Position numbers and translations under genes: made by a program. Below, piece by piece: positions 16,892-26,046 of a DNA stretch of 40,279 nucleotides. The stretch's first letter is position 1; each line of letters opens with the position of its first letter. Under the pieces are notes generated by a model that had not been told where the DNA came from, ran no database searches, and was given only the letters and a program-made list of their open reading frames with translations. The DNA is from a virus (lineage: Duplodnaviria; Caudoviricetes): positions 1-40,279 of the IMG/VR virus record IMGVR_UViG_3300027834_000297. One strand, given 5' to 3'.

Positions 16892-17281
16892 TCAGGAATT
16901 TTGGTCGCCGGGCGTGGGTGCTTTAGGTGCAGTGACACCCTCAGCAACCAATGCCGCCCAAACGGTATCGCGCAGTTTGGCCTTCACATGGCCTTCAAGC
17001 GTCGCGTCTGCCGCAATGATCGCCTCTACAGACGGTTTGGGGTCTTTGCCCTTGGTGAAACCCTCATGGGTCAGGCCGTTGATTGCGGCCTTGATGCGAT
17101 CAGTGAGATCGGCAGGCGGTGCGTCCTGGACAGACTCGCCATCCAATTCGGTCAGCGCACCCATCTCGATCATTTCGTCAATGTCGATCCCCTTCAGATT
17201 ATCCGCTGTCAGAGGACTATCGTCAGCTTTGAAGCGCTTGCCCGCGCCAAGGATCGTGTGATTTACTTGGTAAGTATTCAT
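16892..17281 (-). CDS. Hypothetical head-associated protein (Mu gp35 position)
   Basis: GAGGAG SD; follows the capsid gene. Confidence 0.65.
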   Translation of the reverse strand: MNTYQVNHTILGAGKRFKADDSPLTADNLKGIDIDEMIEMGALTELDGESVQDAPPADLTDRIKAAINGLTHEGFTKGKDPKPSVEAIIAADATLEGHVKAKLRDTVWAALVAEGVTAPKAPTPGDQNS

Positions 17282-17292
17282 GGGAGCTCTCC

Positions 17293-18255
17293 TCAGGTCG
17301 TGGCTTGGATCAGGTAGCCGGTGGAAGGGGCCGCAACGACTTCGATAATTTGCCGCCCGACACGAATGGTTTTTGCGCCCTTCAAGCCCACCTTGGGATC
17401 AAAGAAAGTGCTCGAGAACCGGCCATCATATTCAGCCGTCCAACCCCAGCCCATCTGAGCACTGTCAGGCCCGGCCATTTGGTTGCGATGCAGCAAGGCC
17501 ATTGAATTGCCCCAAACGCGCTGATAACTCACCGCCTGGCCTTTGGCTGCGGTGTTGAGGAAACTGTCGCCGACAATGATCTCTTTCAGCTCGAACAATT
17601 CCGCGACGGCTTCACGTGATGCGACACCACGATCACCAGCCGTGCGGTTAATCGCCTTCAGAATGTCAGGGTGCGTAGACAGAGCGGTCCAGCCCAGGCG
17701 ACCAATGACACCGATATTCGGACGGGCGATGAACGTGGCATCCATAGCATTTTTGATCAAGGTGATCGGCTTGGACGTGGCATGGTCTGAAAATTTATCA
17801 CCAGCACCCAGTGAGGTTTTCTTGTCAGCGTCGTAGTTGCTCTGGTCCTGCACAACATCCGCAACGCGTTTTTCGCGGCGCAGGTCTAACAGGTGCGTCA
17901 GGCCTTCGGTCGCCCGTGCCTCAGGGTCAAAGGCCGATGTGCCGCTCGCACGGCCAGCCGCAGCCTTGTCGATGTCGCTTTGCGGAACAACATCATCCAG
18001 ACCATGATCTTCGACCGACCCGGTGCGTTGCTCACCCGAAAACTCGACTTGCGGCACGACGCCTTTGCGACCAACAAGAGTATCAGGCACCGTGAACATC
18101 TGATCCGGTGGATAGAACGTCCACTTGAAATCCGGACCCATGACGGGAACAATTGGCATCACATCATCTGCAACAAGCGAGACATCGGGGTTTTTGAAGT
18201 CAACCGCGATCGCTGTCAGGACCGGATCAACTGTAAATGGGGTTGGTGAAGTCAT
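17293..18255 (-). CDS. Major capsid protein
   Basis: PF.VDPVLTAIA..., ADDVMP.VPV, RVWG; 320 aa; after protease and decoration genes; AAGGAG SD. Confidence 0.85.
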   Translation of the reverse strand: MTSPTPFTVDPVLTAIAVDFKNPDVSLVADDVMPIVPVMGPDFKWTFYPPDQMFTVPDTLVGRKGVVPQVEFSGEQRTGSVEDHGLDDVVPQSDIDKAAAGRASGTSAFDPEARATEGLTHLLDLRREKRVADVVQDQSNYDADKKTSLGAGDKFSDHATSKPITLIKNAMDATFIARPNIGVIGRLGWTALSTHPDILKAINRTAGDRGVASREAVAELFELKEIIVGDSFLNTAAKGQAVSYQRVWGNSMALLHRNQMAGPDSAQMGWGWTAEYDGRFSSTFFDPKVGLKGAKTIRVGRQIIEVVAAPSTGYLIQATT

Positions 18256-18266
18256 ATGAATTCTCC

Positions 18267-18626
18267 TTATGCGACCGTGTGACGGCCAAGTTTGACGTCG
18301 ATGATGTCGCCAGCCACACCCGTGGCCAAGGCAACCGCACCTGCAATGTTTCCGGTGGCGCCAGTGACACCAGCACCGGCCGCATCCGGCACCAGCGAGT
18401 CGCCAGCCGTGACTGCGCCGCCCAGAACCAGCTCGGCCGTGTCGGACATGATCGTGTCGATCAGTTGGCCGTCGGCACCATCAAGTTTTTCATTCACGCC
18501 GATCGTCTTGTCGGTTGCCGCCGTGGCAACTTTGACCTGTTTGTCTGTGGTGCCAAATTTCACGAACCGACGGGCGACTACCGCGCCTTCGGCCAAAAAT
18601 GATTTGGTAAATCCGGGATTGGACAT
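18267..18626 (-). CDS. Capsid cement/decoration protein (DUF2190-like)
   Basis: Gly/Ala/Val-rich; LGGAVTAGD, GVAGDIIDV. Confidence 0.75.
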   Translation of the reverse strand: MSNPGFTKSFLAEGAVVARRFVKFGTTDKQVKVATAATDKTIGVNEKLDGADGQLIDTIMSDTAELVLGGAVTAGDSLVPDAAGAGVTGATGNIAGAVALATGVAGDIIDVKLGRHTVA

Positions 18627-18628
18627 GA

Positions 18629-19108
18629 TCAGTCCTCCAATGTTGCTTCGACCTGCCGGGCCGCTTCGGAGAAGTTCAGGTTGCGGCCCTCTGCTTCTGC
18701 TTCTTTGATCAGCTTGTTGGCAGCGGCCGTGATGTCGGCGGATGTGTTGGACACTGCTTCCGGCCTCTTCTCATCACCGCTCACCTCGCCAAACGAGATC
18801 AGCTTTTGCGTTTTGCTTTCCAGCAAATTACGGAACCATGCGCGCCGTGAAATTGGCGTGGCACCTTCCGCAAACGAGATCTCGTCGTCGCCATCAAGGT
18901 TTTCCATGAAGGCAAGCATTTCGCCCTTCAGGCCGGGCGCAATACGTCCATCCTCGGCCAGTTGATCAAGAAATGCCTGATCCTTTTCGCGCCGGGCTGT
19001 CGCTTGCTCTTCAGCAAAAGCGGCCAGCCGGGTTTTGAGATCCGTTTCACGTGCTGCCAATTCCTCGGCAGTGGGCGTTTTCGCGCCGGGTTCGTTGGAA
19101 CCGCTCAT
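18629..19108 (-). CDS. Internal in-frame scaffold protein (Mu gpZ-like)
   Basis: GGAGG SD ahead of the in-frame ATG at 19108 (MSGSNEPG). Confidence 0.55.
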   Translation of the reverse strand: MSGSNEPGAKTPTAEELAARETDLKTRLAAFAEEQATARREKDQAFLDQLAEDGRIAPGLKGEMLAFMENLDGDDEISFAEGATPISRRAWFRNLLESKTQKLISFGEVSGDEKRPEAVSNTSADITAAANKLIKEAEAEGRNLNFSEAARQVEATLED

Positions 19109-19771
19109 ATCGGCTTCCTCCTGATTTTCTGTGATTTGATTTTCCGACTCGCTAAAGCCCTCAGCCGCTTCGCGAAGCTGTTCTTCAGCAACGCGCAGCC
19201 CTTCAATTTCGTAATCCGGCACGACACGATCGGCGGCGTCCTGACCATCGGTGGCCAACAGATGATCGCGCAGACCACGAGCAATGCGGCGCATCGCACC
19301 CAGCACGCCACCCGACACTGATAAGGCGTCGGAAAATTCGAGCTCGATTACCAAAGCGTCGTCGTCTTCAGCAAACTCTGCCTGCTTGAGACCTTTAACC
19401 GCTGGCGGCTGGGCCCCAAGAAACCCGACATGCTTCAGGTAATGTTTGCCCGGCACCGGGTTGTTTGGACTAAGTGGTGTGTAGAATGACGCGCTGATCT
19501 TCTTGAAACGACCATCTCGCACCATTTCTGCAAACTGAGGTTCGACTTGCTTTGGCGAGGCAATCAGATCGCCCGTGTCCGCAAACAAGCTATCAACCCA
19601 ACCATAAGCCGGGCCATCTGTTTTCGGATGGCCGATCACAATTGGAGCCTCATGGAGCGCCGGATCATAGACCTCGGCCATCTCCGAAATCTGATCTTCG
19701 GAAAACGCCGCTGTCGCTCCGGACATGGCGGTGTGCTCACCAGCACGGAAAATGTGGATTGCTTTCACCAT
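18629..19771 (-). CDS. Mu gpI-like prohead protease/scaffold
   Basis: IHIFRAG.H, APIVIGHP, AYGWV, KKISASFY, LKHVGFLGAQPPAVKGL; charged helical C-terminal half. Confidence 0.88.
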   Translation of the reverse strand: MVKAIHIFRAGEHTAMSGATAAFSEDQISEMAEVYDPALHEAPIVIGHPKTDGPAYGWVDSLFADTGDLIASPKQVEPQFAEMVRDGRFKKISASFYTPLSPNNPVPGKHYLKHVGFLGAQPPAVKGLKQAEFAEDDDALVIELEFSDALSVSGGVLGAMRRIARGLRDHLLATDGQDAADRVVPDYEIEGLRVAEEQLREAAEGFSESENQITENQEEADMSGSNEPGAKTPTAEELAARETDLKTRLAAFAEEQATARREKDQAFLDQLAEDGRIAPGLKGEMLAFMENLDGDDEISFAEGATPISRRAWFRNLLESKTQKLISFGEVSGDEKRPEAVSNTSADITAAANKLIKEAEAEGRNLNFSEAARQVEATLED

Positions 19772-19828
19772 TACATGATGTCCCGCCTCTCGCTTGAAAT
19801 CGTTCAGTCGCAAAACTGCAATGAGGCG

Positions 19829-19873
19829 ACACTACGTGGCGGGTTGAGGGCTGTTCAGATGAAGGATTTCGCA
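19829..19873 (-). promoter_or_regulatory. Activator-dependent late promoter for the head operon (PI-like)
   Basis: TGCGAAATCCTTCATCTGAA (19873-19854), then 19 nt, then TAGTGT; same layout as the site at 27906-27950. Confidence 0.7.
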
Positions 19874-20114
19874 AGGCCGATGGTGAAACATGCGGTAGAT
19901 GCAAGCTTTACCGTAGTGAGCAAATTTCGACCCGGCAAGCGCGCAGGGGCAAAATTCGCTCAGACGCGCCACCAGACAAATTATCTGGCGATCCTAGCTA
20001 GACACCCGTCAAAACGGACAGAGACCCTTTAAATGGTATTTAAAGCGGCGCTGAGGAATGAATGCGTACCCATCAAACAGTAGAAATACCGGATATCAGG
20101 CTGGTTTGATGTTT

Positions 20115-20396
20115 TCAGGCCGGTGCTGCGCTCAGAAGCGCCCTCAGACGTTCCACGCGCGCGGTGTGATCGTATGGCATGCGGCACACAACAGAAATCA
20201 CCTCGTCGATGCGCTCGGCCGATTCCGGTCGCCCGGTGTCAAAAAGCTGCATGGCGCGCTCATAGGCTTCTGGCACCCACGTCAATTCCTGACCATTGCG
20301 CAGCATCGCATCAAAGCGCGGCCACGTTTGCCCATCTTCCATTGGAACGCCAAGGAAGACGTCGCCATAAATGCTATCGAGAGAATTATGTTTCAT
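20115..20396 (-). CDS. Hypothetical protein; candidate immunity protein of the MuF toxin
   Basis: 93 aa, overlaps the muF stop by 11 nt. Function inferred from position. Confidence 0.55.
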   Translation of the reverse strand: MKHNSLDSIYGDVFLGVPMEDGQTWPRFDAMLRNGQELTWVPEAYERAMQLFDTGRPESAERIDEVISVVCRMPYDHTARVERLRALLSAAPA

Positions 20397-21738
20397 CTTG
20401 GATCAACTCAATATCATAGATTTTGATCCGGCGCATCTGGCCCGGCGCATCGATATCGTCAAACTCAATTTCCTGAACAGCAATCACCCGATACCCCAGC
20501 CTGCGGCGCAACAGCACTTCGTTTTCAAATCCACCTAAGTAAATTCCGGACGTGGCATCTGGAACGCGCATGCGAAGCATTACGTTTTCAGATTGGCGGC
20601 GCGAAATCCCGGTCAGATTGCCGTGACCGGCAAATCGCATAGCCATGCCGGAACTGAGCGAGAACGACCCATAGGATTTCTCCGACAGCCGGTCTCCAAC
20701 GTCCGGCAACGAGATCCGTTGAAGTCCGCGATAAAGCATCGTCTCAGGAGGCACAGAGTTTGCAGCAATGGTTTTGTCCAGGTCATCGCGCCAGCCCACA
20801 AGCTCGCGCGTCATCGGCTCGTGACCGCGCAGCGCACGATTCAGGGCTCCATAGCCTGTGCCGTTGTAGAAACGTGCACCTAGGTTGCCAGACGCAATCA
20901 TGTCTTCCATCGCGAAAGCACCGTCAAACGACTGATAGGCGAACTGCAAAGGGTTGCTGATTGCGCCAAATCCAGCCTGACTTGGAATTGCGCCCGATGC
21001 GGGAAGGCGATCCATACCAGCCCAGATCATGCCCGGATTGCCATCCCAAGCAGGATCAACGCCAAGGGCTGTCGGTTCAATCTCTCCGGTGCGCTTGTTC
21101 AACACACCGCGTTCCTGAAGCACGAAATCCCCTGTGACCTTGTATCCGCGTTTGTCGAGCTGGCGTTGAGAGAGTTGCTGGATCGTGCAACCACATCGCC
21201 AACCATTGGGCGGATAAATGCGCGCCCAGATCGGATCATCAACTTGACGAATAATCTGGTGATAAATTACATGGTCAGGGCGCTTGGTCTCTCTCTGGAT
21301 TTGCACATATCGCAAATAGGGAAATGAACGTTTGACGCGCTGAATGCGCGCCCATTTACCGGCAGCATGCGCCGCGCGCATGTTTGCATCAAAGATCACA
21401 GACAGGCGACGATTTGATCCAAGCTGAACTTTTTCGAGTGCGCCGGTCATCGGATCGCGGACCATCTTGCGACCCCACCATCCCAATCGTTTGAGTTCAG
21501 GTTCCAGTGCTTCTGTGAACTGGCGTAGGTCTTGGCCGTTTGCCAGGGCATCGTCTACGGCATTTCGAAGTGTTTCCAGAACATCTGTGCGCATCGCCTT
21601 GGCGACGACAAAGGCGCGCGCATGCTCGTTGCGCCAAACATCGCGGAAATCAAAGCGCTGATCAGGCGGTGCCAACCCCTTAGAGCGAAAGAATGCCAGG
21701 GCATCTTGTGGTGGAAGGGCCTGCAATCCAATTGTCAT
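20386..21738 (-). CDS. MuF head morphogenesis protein with C-terminal ADP-ribosyltransferase domain
   Basis: MuF core AFVVAK...R..H...YPPNGWRCGC. C-terminal Y..LN..LR, LYRG, SFS and ENE fit the R-S-ExE VIP2-like ART pattern. Confidence 0.85.
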   Translation of the reverse strand: MTIGLQALPPQDALAFFRSKGLAPPDQRFDFRDVWRNEHARAFVVAKAMRTDVLETLRNAVDDALANGQDLRQFTEALEPELKRLGWWGRKMVRDPMTGALEKVQLGSNRRLSVIFDANMRAAHAAGKWARIQRVKRSFPYLRYVQIQRETKRPDHVIYHQIIRQVDDPIWARIYPPNGWRCGCTIQQLSQRQLDKRGYKVTGDFVLQERGVLNKRTGEIEPTALGVDPAWDGNPGMIWAGMDRLPASGAIPSQAGFGAISNPLQFAYQSFDGAFAMEDMIASGNLGARFYNGTGYGALNRALRGHEPMTRELVGWRDDLDKTIAANSVPPETMLYRGLQRISLPDVGDRLSEKSYGSFSLSSGMAMRFAGHGNLTGISRRQSENVMLRMRVPDATSGIYLGGFENEVLLRRRLGYRVIAVQEIEFDDIDAPGQMRRIKIYDIELIQDET

Positions 21739-23267
21739 GGCTGAGCGGTACCGCCTGCGATCCCGGCGATTTCCTCCTCGTCCTCAACTTGGGCTCCAAA
21801 TTCACCAGCAAGACGGGTGGCAAGCATCCCGCGCCCCAGCAGATCGGCAAAGCTGCGCGCGTCCGGTTGCGCGTCTGCCAATTCGGTAAGCTTGTCTTTT
21901 AGCGCTTCCAAATCACCATTTTCGATCCCTTCAAGGGCGGCTTTAATATCCGCTAAAAGGGGCTCTAAAGCGCTGTCTGCGTATCCGTCGCTGACCATTT
22001 CGCGCACCAGAGCGTCGATTGATCCATCATGCGTGTGCTCGGAAAACTCGCTTGATGCGTTATTGAGGTTTGGTTTCGAGTTCTCGGCTTCATAACCCTC
22101 ACCATAGCTGTCTTTCACCCTTTCCGGTGTCATGCGCCAGCCCATTTCGTAGAGCGTCTTGTCGCGCTCAACCGCTGCCGTGGTGTCTTCGGGGTCAGTC
22201 ATCACGCGTTTGATCTGGGGCGGTGCGACACCGGGAAAGTTGAACTCTGAAAGTTTGGCAACCGGCCCGCGGCTGAAACTCTCACAAATCAAGTCAGCGT
22301 CAGATTTGGCCACATACTCCGCCACGTCCTGATGCACCTCAGCTTGCGAAAGCGACGAGCCGTCGTCGGTGGTCATGGTTTGCGCGCGAATGACTTTGGC
22401 AATGGCCGCGTCCATGCGCCCGTGCAAGGTTTCAAAACTCAACGCACTGCCGTTGGAAGGGGCCGAAAGAAGCTCGATGTTCATGCCTTCGGGCACAATA
22501 ATCCCGGCCTCAGACCGGATCGCATTCACGGCTTCCAGTAGTATCTTCTTTTCGGGTTCTTCTGCGCCTGAAGAATAGGTCCCTTTGGCCGTTGGCATGC
22601 CGAACTTGTCGAGCGCTATTAACCAGAGCTTCAGGCCGTTGCGTTTGAACCAGACAGGCCAATAGAGCCAATGGGCAAGGCCGATACCATAGGGTTCGTC
22701 GTCGTGATCAGCACCCGTTGAAAAGGTCCAGAACTTGCCTGCCGGCATAAGCTCGCCGTTCAACATGTTGTTGCGCGTGATCAGGCGCAGTTCGCATTCT
22801 TTGTCAAAACGGAACCGCACGCGGTCGCGCACCTTGATTTCATCCCAACCCCAAAATTGCCCGTCCCGGCGAAACATCTGTTCTGACACGGCGTAGCCAT
22901 AGAAGATGCCCCACATCATTTTTTCGGTCAGACGATCCCAATCAAGATTGGTGATTTCGTCCTTCAGCCAATCGGCCGCTTTCTTGGCCTGAGCGGTGTC
23001 GTCACCCGCCTCAACGGTCCATTCCCGGCTCACAACAGCAGCGATGCGTTGTGTGAAAACCGCCTTGACTTGCGGATCCGTTAAAATCGGTTTGTAGATA
23101 TCGAAACTGCCCCGGCCACGCCCTTTCAGGATGGAGTCCGTTGGTTCCAAAAGTGGGCCAATCCACGGCCGTGTGATGTCCCGGCCGTCAGCAATGCCAG
23201 CAAGCTCTCCCATAGGGTTGCGGAGCTTGATATTGCGGACGCGCGGGTAACTGGTTTTAGTTGCCAT
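21735..23267 (-). CDS. Portal protein (Mu gp29 / DUF935)
   Basis: PYGIGL..LYWPV.FK, DKFGMP, SQAEVH..V. Confidence 0.92.
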   Translation of the reverse strand: MATKTSYPRVRNIKLRNPMGELAGIADGRDITRPWIGPLLEPTDSILKGRGRGSFDIYKPILTDPQVKAVFTQRIAAVVSREWTVEAGDDTAQAKKAADWLKDEITNLDWDRLTEKMMWGIFYGYAVSEQMFRRDGQFWGWDEIKVRDRVRFRFDKECELRLITRNNMLNGELMPAGKFWTFSTGADHDDEPYGIGLAHWLYWPVWFKRNGLKLWLIALDKFGMPTAKGTYSSGAEEPEKKILLEAVNAIRSEAGIIVPEGMNIELLSAPSNGSALSFETLHGRMDAAIAKVIRAQTMTTDDGSSLSQAEVHQDVAEYVAKSDADLICESFSRGPVAKLSEFNFPGVAPPQIKRVMTDPEDTTAAVERDKTLYEMGWRMTPERVKDSYGEGYEAENSKPNLNNASSEFSEHTHDGSIDALVREMVSDGYADSALEPLLADIKAALEGIENGDLEALKDKLTELADAQPDARSFADLLGRGMLATRLAGEFGAQVEDEEEIAGIAGGTAQP

Positions 23268-23277
23268 GGTCAGCTCC

Positions 23278-23379
23278 TCATTTGTCGAAAATCATTGAAA
23301 TTGCGAAAGCAAAAATGAGCATCCCGACCCACCCAAAGGGAGTTAAGAAAATCAACATAAAAACTTCAGCACACGTCAT
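23278..23379 (-). CDS. 33-aa hydrophobic peptide (not in ORF track)
   Basis: MTCAEVFMLIFLTPFGWVGMLIFAFAISMIFDK; GGAAGG upstream; fills the gap before the portal gene. Confidence 0.5.
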   Translation of the reverse strand: MTCAEVFMLIFLTPFGWVGMLIFAFAISMIFDK

Positions 23380-23572
23380 TTTTTCTTCCTTCCAATAGCG
23401 CCATAAACCCGCAATTCGGGCATGCGAACTCGCATCCGGATGTTGAAAGTTCGACAATGTCGGCTAACTCGTCGTCGAAGAAATCCAAATCGCAGAGACA
23501 CTTGGCACATTCGAATTCGCCCCATTTGTCGCCATCGTGTGTGTGTTGGCTGATTTGGTGTGTCTTTGACAT
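23366..23572 (-). CDS. Small acidic zinc-ribbon protein
   Basis: ATG at 23572 behind GGAGG; CAKC...CPNC. Confidence 0.65.
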   Translation of the reverse strand: MSKTHQISQHTHDGDKWGEFECAKCLCDLDFFDDELADIVELSTSGCEFACPNCGFMALLEGRKNDVC

Positions 23573-23573
23573 G

Positions 23574-24983
23574 TCAAAACCCTCCGAAATCCAAACCGCC
23601 ACCAGCTCCACCAAATGACCTGCGCCGATCCAGCTCAGACGCAAAGGCATCCGCATCGACTGTCTGACGATCACCCGTCGACTCAAACTCAATCGGGCTG
23701 TGGCCGTGGTCTGCCGCGGTCGTTGCAAGCGCGCAGGCCCAAAAGCGGTCAGCGTGACCGTCACTGTCACCGTCTGCAATCAAGCGGCGAATGCCAGTGG
23801 GACCCACGCGGCTGCGAATGGAATGCAAGTCAGAGCGCAAAAGAGGATCGCCTGCCGGAATACGTAAACGCCGATCCTGCATCCTCTCTTTCAGGACGGT
23901 TGCCATGTCGAGCTTGGCTCCGGCTGTGAACAGCACGCCTTGAACTCGCGTCTCGCCATGTGAACGCTTGGCATCCTCAACCGGCTTTTCACCCATGCCA
24001 GTTTGATCCATCGCGTGGCGAACGATGTTGTATCGGCGAAAAGCATTGGCGCGAAGCTGATCTTGTTCGGCGAACGTTGCACGCTTGCGCACAATGACGT
24101 CTCGGCACCACAGCACGTCGCCAACCTCTTCCCAAATCCAAAGTACGTAAAGGTCATTACGCGCGGCGATATCCTCGCCCATGTAGCAGCGACCGCCTTG
24201 GTACAAGTCGGGCTTGCCTGCGTCGGCATGTTCGCAACCAGCGATTAATTCGTAATCGAGCCAGCTTGCGGCCTCATCCAACCATTTAAGCTCAAATTCC
24301 TGCGCCCAGGCATCCTCGTCTGCCATGCCGGCGCGCAGCTCTGCGATATCCACGTCCAGCCCCTGTTCGACGGCCTGATAGATATCAACGTGATGTTTGG
24401 ACCATCCGTTATCCGCGGTGGTCATCAGCTCGTGGAATTTGTTTCCCTTGCCGTTGGGCGTGGAAATCACTCTGATCTTGTGACCACCACGCGCAGCCAC
24501 GGGAAAAGCAGAGGCCCAGATGCGCCGGCTATCTTGATGAAACGCAAATTCGTCCAACAACAGATTGCCGCCAAATCCACGTGCGGCGTCCGGGCTGGCA
24601 GACAGTGCGACAACGCGACTACCACCGGGAAACCGGACCTCATGCGTTTTGTAAACAGCATCCAGCTCGCGGCTGTAAAACGAACCTTCTTGAAACTCCG
24701 GCTCACCGATCCGGCTTAGTTCGTTATAGACAGCATAAAAGCCTCTTGTGATGGGCTTTAAAGCATCTTCTAAAGCCTCTTTAGCGGTTGCCTCGGACCG
24801 AGACAAAATGGTCCATCGCTCCTTACGTCCAGCAATCTCTGCCTGAATGCATTGATCAACAACTTCGGCTGAAGAGCCAAAGGTTTTCCCGCCACGACGG
24901 GTGAACATCCCGATCTTGAAACGCGAATCGTCGCCGATCCACGCAGATTGGTAAGGTAGGAATGTGATGACCGAGTCAGCCAT
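23574..24983 (-). CDS. Terminase large subunit (Mu gp28-like)
   Basis: LPYQ..W, RRGGKT (Walker A), LLLDEFAF (Walker B), ISTPNG, DQTGMG, HADRFWA. Confidence 0.95.
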   Translation of the reverse strand: MADSVITFLPYQSAWIGDDSRFKIGMFTRRGGKTFGSSAEVVDQCIQAEIAGRKERWTILSRSEATAKEALEDALKPITRGFYAVYNELSRIGEPEFQEGSFYSRELDAVYKTHEVRFPGGSRVVALSASPDAARGFGGNLLLDEFAFHQDSRRIWASAFPVAARGGHKIRVISTPNGKGNKFHELMTTADNGWSKHHVDIYQAVEQGLDVDIAELRAGMADEDAWAQEFELKWLDEAASWLDYELIAGCEHADAGKPDLYQGGRCYMGEDIAARNDLYVLWIWEEVGDVLWCRDVIVRKRATFAEQDQLRANAFRRYNIVRHAMDQTGMGEKPVEDAKRSHGETRVQGVLFTAGAKLDMATVLKERMQDRRLRIPAGDPLLRSDLHSIRSRVGPTGIRRLIADGDSDGHADRFWACALATTAADHGHSPIEFESTGDRQTVDADAFASELDRRRSFGGAGGGLDFGGF

Positions 24984-25173
24984 GCAGACCTCGCGGTTTT
25001 GCGCCAGCCTTAAGCGCCAGATTTTCAGCCTTCAGAGCACGCACGCCGCGCGCCATTTCCCGGATGGTTTCCGCGCCACGCCGGATCGCTGCGGCGCTGT
25101 CCGGCATGCGCTTCTTGTTCACGATCCGCGCGTGTGCATCCAGATCATTTGCGATTTCTAGGGGCGAAGCCAT
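24976..25173 (-). CDS. Hypothetical coiled-coil protein
   Basis: ATG at 25173 coupled (TAATG) to the upstream small ORF; overlaps the terminase start. Confidence 0.55.
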   Translation of the reverse strand: MASPLEIANDLDAHARIVNKKRMPDSAAAIRRGAETIREMARGVRALKAENLALKAGAKPRGLHG

Positions 25174-25316
25174 TACAGCGCGTCCGCAGCGGCGGCGGCC
25201 AAAAGCAACAGGGCAAATGCGCCGGCATAAAGCCAAGGTTCAGCGTTGCTATCACCGGGCGCAAACACGAATGCAGCGACGACAAATGTTAGAACAATTA
25301 TTCCTACGACGGCCAT
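25173..25316 (-). CDS. 47-aa two-TM membrane protein (not in ORF track)
   Basis: MAVVGIIVLTFVVAAFVFAPGDSNAEPWLYAGAFALLLLAAAAADAL; GAGGTG SD; stop overlaps the next ATG. Confidence 0.6.
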   Translation of the reverse strand: MAVVGIIVLTFVVAAFVFAPGDSNAEPWLYAGAFALLLLAAAAADAL

Positions 25317-25317
25317 G

Positions 25318-25509
25318 TCACACCTCGCGAATTCGGATCAAATAGGGTTTTCCGTGTCGCCACGCGATGGTGATGCGCATACCCAAATGCTCAAACCGCT
25401 CACGTTGCCCGAACAACAAGGCAGCCATTGCAGGCCAAAACGGGCCTTTGCGCCAGTTGTGATCACCCACAAACACTTTGGTGCCGTATGCCATGTCGCG
25501 CGCCGTCAT
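25318..25509 (-). CDS. Hypothetical protein
   Basis: ATGA overlap with the upstream stop; tight gene packing. Confidence 0.55.
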   Translation of the reverse strand: MTARDMAYGTKVFVGDHNWRKGPFWPAMAALLFGQRERFEHLGMRITIAWRHGKPYLIRIREV

Positions 25510-26045
25510 GCCGTCAGCCCCATAATCTCGCGCGCTCGCTGCGCAGCCACTTCTTCGATCAGGCCTTCGCCAACAGCTTCGTCCAACTTCTCGGATTGAA
25601 CCTTACGCTCTGCCGCAATCAGGCTGTCGCGCAGAGACGTGGAACGGATCAGGTTGTTGAGGGCGGTGGTGAGGTCCTTCATGCCACGCGGATCGGGCAA
25701 ACTATTGGGATTCACCATCGCCATTTGCAGCTTGAACTGAATGGCCGTGAGCTGTTGAAAGAGAACGGACGTAACGTCTACTTCGTCCTTCAGGCTGGCC
25801 TCTTCCAGAAAGGCGCGCATCTGATCCTGCGACTCTTCCTGCAGCTTGGCATATTCCTTGAATTCCGAGCCGTAGGCATGGACAGCCGACTTGCCCAGGC
25901 GAAGTTCAAAACCCTCTTCTTCGAGACGGAAGTTCAAAGCCTCAGTTACGTCTTCGTAGCCGGAAAATCCGCGCTCTTTCAGCTCGTCCTGAAGCCAGCG
26001 GCGAAGCTCTGACGGTAAGAGATCAACTTTGCGGGGCGGCGGCAT
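25506..26045 (-). CDS. Terminase small subunit (Mu gp27 / DUF3486)
   Basis: MPPPRKVDLLP.ELR.WL...L..RGF..Y, KSAVH.YG. Confidence 0.88.
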   Translation of the reverse strand: MPPPRKVDLLPSELRRWLQDELKERGFSGYEDVTEALNFRLEEEGFELRLGKSAVHAYGSEFKEYAKLQEESQDQMRAFLEEASLKDEVDVTSVLFQQLTAIQFKLQMAMVNPNSLPDPRGMKDLTTALNNLIRSTSLRDSLIAAERKVQSEKLDEAVGEGLIEEVAAQRAREIMGLTA

Positions 26046-26046
26046 A

